Source: a virus
Virus genome (UHGV): UHGV-0149790
Reading direction: 5' to 3' (one strand)
Length of the DNA: 21,903 bases
The first letter of the stretch is position 1, and each line of letters starts with the position of its first letter. Shown here piece after piece: positions 15,426 to 21,903 of the stretch. The translations under genes and the position numbers were made by a program. A model generated the notes under the pieces. That model was not told where the DNA came from. It did not search any database and saw only the letters and a list, made by a program, of their open reading frames with translations.

Positions 15426-15763
15426 TTTTTCCGCTGTTGTATGCGTTCGATAACTTCCTGTGCTGCCCGTTCAGCCGCAGATACCTGTTGCCCCAGGCGG
15501 AATGCTTCATCGTCCGGATCCTCGCCGGGTTTAGGCGTCCCCCCGCGCGTATGCATGCCAATCAGCGAATGGACTTTTACCAGCAGCGTCAGCGATGCGG
15601 CCGCGTTCTTCTTATGCCAGTACCGATCACCGCGTTCCTGTTTAGTGTGCTTTGTGATTTCCTTCCCTGCCCCCGGCCAGTTGTCCGGATCGGCTTCTTC
15701 CAGAACTACATCGGTGAGCTTATCGCTAAGAGCAGTAAGGCGAGTTTTGTAATCTGAATGCAT
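15422..15763 (-). CDS. putative terminase small subunit (positional inference)
   Basis: 113-aa ORF translationally coupled to the large terminase gene; no sequence signature recognised. Confidence 0.4.
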   Translation of the reverse strand: MHSDYKTRLTALSDKLTDVVLEEADPDNWPGAGKEITKHTKQERGDRYWHKKNAAASLTLLVKVHSLIGMHTRGGTPKPGEDPDDEAFRLGQQVSAAERAAQEVIERIQQRKK

Positions 15764-15811
15764 AAAAAAGCCCCGTGGTTATCCATAGAGCTATGATGTA
15801 TTCTTTTTGAG

Positions 15812-15825
15812 GTCGGAATCCTGAC
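15812..15825. repeat. 14-bp near-palindrome GTCGGAATCCTGAC (copy 2 of 2)
   Basis: One mismatch to the 10976-10989 copy, with shared flanks GGTC.GAATCCTGACTA; 48 nt upstream of the small-terminase start on the minus strand and 20 nt upstream of the plus-strand moron ORF. Confidence 0.6.
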
Positions 15826-15845
15826 TATCACAAGGAGTAAATAGA

Positions 15846-16364
15846 ATGAAGATATTAATTCCATTGTTGCTAATCTTTCACTTTGCAGCATTCGCATCAA
15901 CCGATTTAGTTGATGACTCTAAATATATCGTTCCTATATCCGGACCAGGAATACAGATTACCAATCCATATACCGACTATACGGTCATTAACGGTATCGA
16001 CACTGGTAAAAAAATTGAGATCCATGTATCGGTATTACACTTGCGAACCTATAAAGAAAACGCAGATTTTAGTGAAACTAATACTCACTATGTGGAAGGA
16101 AGTAAAACCATATCTAGTTACAATGCCAATGTTTACACAGACGATTTTATAAAATTTACATCAGAAGACGCTAAAAATTCAACATTGAAAAATTTAAGGG
16201 ATTTGTATTGTGCACCAGATGGATTTTACCCAGTGTCATCTCAAGAGCGGCTATTCTACGAAACCCGAAAAGAAAATAAAAAAATAATGATCAATTACTA
16301 CAGTGATTCAGGGAAAACCCTCATGTTTGGGTTTGGGGTTTCCCCCGAATCATGTAAGTCGTAA
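15846..16364 (+). CDS. secreted or periplasmic protein of unknown function encoded by an AT-rich moron, opposite in orientation to the late operon
   Basis: 172 aa; AAGGAG RBS 9 nt upstream; signal peptide MKILIPLLLIFHFAAFAS; markedly AT-rich, wedged between two minus-strand late genes. Confidence 0.7.
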   Translation: MKILIPLLLIFHFAAFASTDLVDDSKYIVPISGPGIQITNPYTDYTVINGIDTGKKIEIHVSVLHLRTYKENADFSETNTHYVEGSKTISSYNANVYTDDFIKFTSEDAKNSTLKNLRDLYCAPDGFYPVSSQERLFYETRKENKKIMINYYSDSGKTLMFGFGVSPESCKS

Positions 16365-16367
16365 TAG

Positions 16368-19262
16368 CTATCGCATTCCCGGATCAACCTGATTAAGCAG
16401 TGGGGCAATCCAGAACAGGTTATTACCCGGCAGTAACGTACGCACACTATGCAAAACACGATCGCCGGCATCGCCGTTAAGCACGCCGGCGGTCACATCA
16501 GTAACGGTATCCAGCAGGCCGAAGGTTGGCCCTAGCGCAGAACCGATAAAGCCACGGCTGGCGTAACGGGACTGCGTACCGGTACCGAGCAATGGCCCGA
16601 GCCCTATCATCCCACCGGATGCCTTTTCCGCCATGTTGTTGTATTCCATCAGCGGGCCGAGAATACCAGAGCGGTCGATGCCCTCGATTACCATTTTCTG
16701 CGGAGTCAAATCAACCTCCCGGCCGTTGGCCGCCTGCTTAAGCGCATAGGTCAGTGAACCAAGGCCAATCTGGAAGGCGGTACCGTAATAGAACTGCGCG
16801 GTACCTTCCTGCAGGCCGCCGAGCGTCGCGCGGTTATAGGATGCCGTAGCAAAAGACTTAAACTGGAATACGGTTTTTCCCAACGGGGTGCTGGCCCACA
16901 ACGGCGTGTCACCGATACCCGGCGTGATAACGGTATTGTTTACATCCTTGAGCACAGCAGATTGCAGAAGTCCAGCGGCGTACTGGTCATCCCATTTTTC
17001 GAAATTGCCGATATGCCAGCCCTGAATAACTTCACCGTGCCTCTGAAATTCTCGCTGGATGCGTTCGGCCATATTCTCGTTGATGCCGAGTTTTGCCAGG
17101 CGCTTCGCAGGGAACGCGCCGGACAGAATACCGTCGGACGTGATCATGCCATTCACCGATTTGTTCATATCGTCAAAGTGGCCCATCATGGTCAACTTGC
17201 CGAACACATCAGTAATACGTTCCATGCCAGCTTCTGCAGCTGTCGTACGAGAAGAGCTATCGACCAGATCCCCCATAGTACGCGCGCGGGTATGCAGTAT
17301 GGTTTCCAGCCCAACGGCCATTTTCTTCTGCTCCGCCCGGCTGGCGAGATAAGCCGGAGAGCGGGTGATCAGTGCGCCATATCCACGCATGGTATTGCTG
17401 AAGCCGTTAACCATCATGCCGCGCGCCAGATCCGGGATAGCGGATACCGTCATGCCGCCGAGTTTCGTTACAAAGTTGGCGCTACGCAGGAAAGCACCAG
17501 CGCGAACGAAAAATGATGATGGGTCATCCGGCATACCGTAGGTACCGACGAGGCGATCGCGAAGCGCCAGAATATCGCGCAGGTCGGCTTCGCGCGCCTT
17601 CGCCAGCTTTTCCTGTTCTGCTGGGCGTAAACGCATCAGCGCGTCGTATTCGTCCTGGATGGCGGCGAGCTGCGAATCCAGCGACTTGTTGCCGAACGTA
17701 CGGGTTAATTCGATCTCCGCTGAGGCTTCGCGGATATGACGCTGCAGGACGTAATTTGCATCACTCTCCAGATAATCTTTCATCAGGCGATCGGGGACGC
17801 TCAACGTTCGCGATTTGGTGCTACCTGGTGCTTTCACCATGAAGACGTTGGCGAACTCCTGCGGAATTTTGGCCCCGACGATACGGTTAATCGTGGTATC
17901 GGCGGCGATTTCGGCATCTTCGCGGGACATGGTTTTTTCACCACGTGACCACCAGTCAACCAGCATATTGCGGAATTTATCGCGCTCGCTAACAATTTTC
18001 CCTACCTTGTACACGCGAGGGAAATAGCTGGTCTGCCCCATCGCTTTCAGTTCGGCATCCGGCGGAAGCAAACCCAGCTCCTGCTGTGCCGTCTTCACGC
18101 GGTTAATGACTGTGCGCATTGCCTGCGCTGCTTCCTGCACTTTCGCATTAACGTGCACGTCGCCGTTACGCAGCGCCTCGCCGACCTGTTCACGGAAAGC
18201 CGTATGACCCAGATCGCCGCCTTCAGCTTTATACTGAGTGTATGCCTGCTTATTCGCAGTAACGACGGCCGCCTCTTCGCGGCGCCAACCACGTACGCGC
18301 GTCTCGGCAGCTACCGGAGTTTCGATACCGCGCAGGTTTCCTTCCAGCGTGAAGTTATTCTCCGCTAGCTCCAGCGCTGTCCGGCGCGCTTCTTTTGACG
18401 GGGATTCCATCAGTCGGGTGATCGGCGTGAGATAGCTACCGGCTTTTTTAGCCAGCTTGCCAAGCGGGCCGCCAGACACCGGCGTGAGGTCTTCCAGTGT
18501 AGCTTCGCGAATACGCATGGCGCCGACGCTGCCACCGTTCGGTAAAGTATCCGCCAGGGCGTCTGCTGCGTTGTTAATCGTTGGCGAGACGTTCATATTA
18601 TCGAGCGCCTCTGCCACTTCACGCGTGGCCGCGTTTCTTACCGCTGGAGTGATCATCGCGCCAGCAGTGGCGAATACACCGCTTAGAAGTGCGCCGGCTG
18701 TGATGTGTGCTGCGCTCTCCCTGGCGGTTCTGGTGTACTGCTCGTTATTGAGCGCTACCTCGCTAAGTGCGGTACCGGCGGCGCCAATAGCAACCTGAGA
18801 ACCAATACGCGCAGCCAGGCTTCCCTGCGCACCGGGAATAAACATTGATGCTACTGTGATAGGGTCAAGCATGCCAGACGCAATATTCGCTAAAGTTCCG
18901 CCCCATCCTGCCTCAGCAGTAACGCGCCTATCTTCATTTTCTTCATCAATCTGGTTTTTAATCCAGGCGGTTTCCTCTGGGGATTTTGAATCAGCGAAGG
19001 CAGATCCCCATTGTTCGTACCCCTTTAGTTCGTTTTTATCAGAATAAGGGTTATACCCCTCCGCTGTCTCGAACTGTTTAGCCGGGCGGAACACTCCGGC
19101 CAGCAGGTTATTCTGACGAAAAGCGGCATCCCATACAGACGGTTGCTGTTGCAGCGGCTCCGGGTTAGTTCCTTCAGGCAGAGAGACATCAAAACCAGTT
19201 GGCGCCTGAAGAGCATTATCCATTACGCTCGGTGGAACATCAGATTGCGGATAGATCGGCAT
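16368..19262 (-). CDS. large virion structural protein (internal core / ejection-protein-like)
   Basis: 964 aa, Gly/Ala-rich, coupled to the upstream virion protein gene (1-nt overlap); located where T7/SP6-like phages encode internal virion proteins; no specific motif recognised. Confidence 0.55.
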   Translation of the reverse strand: MPIYPQSDVPPSVMDNALQAPTGFDVSLPEGTNPEPLQQQPSVWDAAFRQNNLLAGVFRPAKQFETAEGYNPYSDKNELKGYEQWGSAFADSKSPEETAWIKNQIDEENEDRRVTAEAGWGGTLANIASGMLDPITVASMFIPGAQGSLAARIGSQVAIGAAGTALSEVALNNEQYTRTARESAAHITAGALLSGVFATAGAMITPAVRNAATREVAEALDNMNVSPTINNAADALADTLPNGGSVGAMRIREATLEDLTPVSGGPLGKLAKKAGSYLTPITRLMESPSKEARRTALELAENNFTLEGNLRGIETPVAAETRVRGWRREEAAVVTANKQAYTQYKAEGGDLGHTAFREQVGEALRNGDVHVNAKVQEAAQAMRTVINRVKTAQQELGLLPPDAELKAMGQTSYFPRVYKVGKIVSERDKFRNMLVDWWSRGEKTMSREDAEIAADTTINRIVGAKIPQEFANVFMVKAPGSTKSRTLSVPDRLMKDYLESDANYVLQRHIREASAEIELTRTFGNKSLDSQLAAIQDEYDALMRLRPAEQEKLAKAREADLRDILALRDRLVGTYGMPDDPSSFFVRAGAFLRSANFVTKLGGMTVSAIPDLARGMMVNGFSNTMRGYGALITRSPAYLASRAEQKKMAVGLETILHTRARTMGDLVDSSSRTTAAEAGMERITDVFGKLTMMGHFDDMNKSVNGMITSDGILSGAFPAKRLAKLGINENMAERIQREFQRHGEVIQGWHIGNFEKWDDQYAAGLLQSAVLKDVNNTVITPGIGDTPLWASTPLGKTVFQFKSFATASYNRATLGGLQEGTAQFYYGTAFQIGLGSLTYALKQAANGREVDLTPQKMVIEGIDRSGILGPLMEYNNMAEKASGGMIGLGPLLGTGTQSRYASRGFIGSALGPTFGLLDTVTDVTAGVLNGDAGDRVLHSVRTLLPGNNLFWIAPLLNQVDPGMR

Positions 19263-21859
19263 TATTCATTGCTCCATGAAAAGTAGTTTTTAACCCGGTT
19301 CATACGGTCATCGTGCAAACGCTGATATTGCTCATCGAGCGCTCGGTGTTTTTCCTTAAAGCCTCGAATATCTTTCCCGCGTGATAATTCCTCTTCGCCT
19401 TGCTGTTCCCGCTCCTGCTGCATTTTTTTATACGGTTCCCAGTCTTCCAGCGACGGTTTCCAGCGCATCGGACGCCTGAATTTATCGTAATATGGCTGTA
19501 CGCTCTCGTTACCATCTTTATCTTTCATGCGAACCATAATGGCGTAGTCACCGTTACGCGTGGTTAAAACGTCAGGGGTAATTTCCAGTTCACCACCGAT
19601 TTGGGATTCAGGTGTATTTGATGTAATAACGGGCGCTGAACCTGATGTAATACCCAGTTGGGTCGGGCTGGTTTCAAATTTTTCTCCACGTTCGCCATAG
19701 GTCAGACGCTCTTTCTCTTCTTTCCACTGCGCAGCCTGCCAACCAGAAGGCCCGTAGTTATAAAGTGCTTCAGGCGCGTATTTCATAAACTGGGCGCTGC
19801 CGTTCACATCGCTAAGACTCCAGGTACGCGCGATCTGGGTATTGGTCATCTTTTTGGCAACATCGGCATTACCACCCGAGTTGCGATAATTGATGTCATA
19901 AAGCGACTGGTAGTCGTTACGGAAATTGACGGCGTTAAGATTCTGGTCATCTGCTGCAGGACCGCCAAAGCTGTACCACGGTTTCATGCTACTGACTGCG
20001 GAATCCATCGCGCTGGCACGCTCTTTTTTGTATTCCTTCGTGCTCTGCGTAGAAGACAATTGTGATTTAAGGGCATCAGTCTGGTTATAGGTAACGTTCT
20101 GCGCCTGCTTCACTGCTTCGTCTGACGCCATGCCGGAATCGGTAAGTTGTTTAACGGTCAGGTAAAAGCTTTGCATGTCCTTTGGCATATCGCCCACAGA
20201 GGCAGGATCTGTTTCGTACAGCGCGTTAAATAATGTCGAGCCCTGCTTAACCACGCCGGGGCTGCTGGAACGGGCGATCGCATTCAGTTGCGATGTAACT
20301 TGCGATGGGATAATGCCGGTCTGGTTAACCTGCTGCACGATGGCGTCGTGAGTGGTGGCGTCGTTAATGCGGAAGTTAAGCGCCGATGGCGTATTGTCCG
20401 CCGCCCTCTGCATAGATTTATTGCTCGGGTCGAGTTTCTCGCCGGAGAGCAGCGCATCGTTAAAGCGGGCGGAGTCGCGCTGCGCCTGAATATTGGCGTT
20501 GCTCTTCTGCACCAGCGCGCTAAGTTTGCCGTGTGCATCAAGTTTTAGCGCAAAATCGGGATCGTTTGCCTGCGGCTTCACCTTCGCCAGTTCGGCCTGC
20601 TGTTCTGCCGGGGTGGCGTACTGAATAGCCTGGAAGGTTCTGGCGTTATCAATCGCGATATCCAGCTGCTTGACCGCTGTTTGCCCCTGCTCACCATACG
20701 CAAACAAAATGGTGGAGGCGTTCGGCATAGCATCCGGCACCTCGCCGTTATACAGCTGCGCCATTGTATTATTGAGAATCGGGTCAATCTGCTGGCGCAG
20801 CGCCGTACGCTGCTGCCGGATCTGCGCTTCGGCGATATTGTCGATTTTGTTTACTGCTACCGGGTCGAGACCGGTTTTATTTTTGTTGTAACGGGACAAC
20901 CAACCGCGCGTTTCTGCGGGCAGCTGCTTAACGAAATCCGCCATCGAGATTTCGCCTTTGCGCGGGTCGCCCACTTTGGCGATCAGTTTATCGACGTTAC
21001 CCATCCCCCAGTTATACGCGGCCCCGGCCAGTGGTTCTGACTGGTATTTTTTACTGAGCTGCCCGGCATAATCACGCGCCAGCTGCGCATGCTGCACAGG
21101 ATCGTCCGGGTTGTATTCCACGCCACGTTTAGCCGCCAGTTCTTTCCCTGTGTCCGGCATCAACTGAAATTCACCCTGCGCGCCAGCGGGCGATGTAACA
21201 AGACTACCATCCGCATTGCGGTGCTTACCACCGGACTCCACCAGGCCAACGGCGCGCATATCGAGTTCGCCGGTGCTGCTGTTAATCAACGTAAAATCGC
21301 CATTCAGCCAGCCAGTGGGATTGGTTACCGCGTAGTTCTGCGCGCGCTGCTCCAGCGCTTTTTGGTTCGCTTCTGATACCGCCGCGTCGATGCGCTCCTG
21401 CGGCCAGCCACGCGCCTGGCCATACATCTCGATCGAGTGTTTACGGGCGCTACGTATCAGCCCTGCCTGCATCGGATTATCGTATGCGCTGGCCTCTTGT
21501 TCGACGGAAGTGGTCACCGTCGCATTAAGCTGCTGCCGCTGGGCCTCATCCGTCTGTGCACGCTCGAAACCGCTGTAGGTACTTGTCCGGCGTACCTGCC
21601 CTGCTTTCCACTGCGCATCAAAATAGTTTAACTGGTTGGGCGGTACGCGCTTCCGCGCTTCCTCGTAATCGCCAGCGTCGGCCTTATCCATATCGGTTAC
21701 CACACCGGACGATTTAAAGCCCTGACGAGTGACCGTGGCGCCCGTCTCCGGGTTTTCCCAGCGGTCATTAGATTTAGCTTCCAGATCAGTCAGAATCGCC
21801 TGCGTGGCTGCCACATCGGCTTTATCCTGCTCATGCTGTACTTGTTCTGGATCATGCAC
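19262..21859 (-). CDS. internal virion protein with lytic transglycosylase (SLT) domain
   Basis: 865 aa; SLT signature ESGGKHRNADG...GAQGEFQLMPDTG...AYNWGMGNV about 200-300 aa from the N-terminus; probable GTG start at 21859, two codons after an in-frame TGA. Confidence 0.75.
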   Translation of the reverse strand: MHDPEQVQHEQDKADVAATQAILTDLEAKSNDRWENPETGATVTRQGFKSSGVVTDMDKADAGDYEEARKRVPPNQLNYFDAQWKAGQVRRTSTYSGFERAQTDEAQRQQLNATVTTSVEQEASAYDNPMQAGLIRSARKHSIEMYGQARGWPQERIDAAVSEANQKALEQRAQNYAVTNPTGWLNGDFTLINSSTGELDMRAVGLVESGGKHRNADGSLVTSPAGAQGEFQLMPDTGKELAAKRGVEYNPDDPVQHAQLARDYAGQLSKKYQSEPLAGAAYNWGMGNVDKLIAKVGDPRKGEISMADFVKQLPAETRGWLSRYNKNKTGLDPVAVNKIDNIAEAQIRQQRTALRQQIDPILNNTMAQLYNGEVPDAMPNASTILFAYGEQGQTAVKQLDIAIDNARTFQAIQYATPAEQQAELAKVKPQANDPDFALKLDAHGKLSALVQKSNANIQAQRDSARFNDALLSGEKLDPSNKSMQRAADNTPSALNFRINDATTHDAIVQQVNQTGIIPSQVTSQLNAIARSSSPGVVKQGSTLFNALYETDPASVGDMPKDMQSFYLTVKQLTDSGMASDEAVKQAQNVTYNQTDALKSQLSSTQSTKEYKKERASAMDSAVSSMKPWYSFGGPAADDQNLNAVNFRNDYQSLYDINYRNSGGNADVAKKMTNTQIARTWSLSDVNGSAQFMKYAPEALYNYGPSGWQAAQWKEEKERLTYGERGEKFETSPTQLGITSGSAPVITSNTPESQIGGELEITPDVLTTRNGDYAIMVRMKDKDGNESVQPYYDKFRRPMRWKPSLEDWEPYKKMQQEREQQGEEELSRGKDIRGFKEKHRALDEQYQRLHDDRMNRVKNYFSWSNE

Positions 21860-21903
21860 TCTTCAATTAGCTTGTGCGCGTCGTTACGCTGAGTCTGCTC
21901 AAT

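Noticed and set aside
1-21903. Insertion sequences or transposase genes
   Set aside because: No transposase-like ORF or terminal inverted repeats were seen; the mosaicism looks like modular phage recombination.

Overview
The window reads as a contiguous piece of a temperate phage genome from an enterobacterial-type host, with phage genes on both sides of an att core. Left half (1-9372) is a lambdoid-style early/lysogeny region. The minus strand carries the early-right operon: Cro-like (DicC/YdaS-type) -> CII/YdaT-like -> small ORF -> O-like replication initiator with internal iterons -> DnaB-family helicase -> a further gene running off the left edge. The plus strand carries a short DicA-like HTH repressor, a pL-like promoter, a 0.5-kb structured non-coding region, then a left operon: 107-aa ORF, a 743-aa protein with a C-terminal Rad52-like annealing domain, a Gam/Gp157-like protein, small ORFs, excisionase-like protein and tyrosine integrase. 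At 9493-9548 is a 56-nt 3' fragment of tRNA-Leu(UAA), the att core, on which the integrase gene and the late genes converge. Right half (9697-21859, all minus strand) is a late module: two large virion proteins (one with a lytic transglycosylase domain), a putative small terminase, a T7-type large terminase, a tailspike with T7 gp17-like N-terminus, then a phage-21-type lysis cassette (pinholin, SAR endolysin, Rz/Rz1). Two AT-rich islands interrupt the late operon; one encodes a secreted protein on the opposite strand. The most notable points are the T7/SP6-like morphogenesis module joined to a lambdoid lysogeny module, a 15-nt translation-initiation motif repeated at five gene starts, and the non-coding region downstream of pL. 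All protein assignments come from reading the translations and recalled family signatures; no database search was run.
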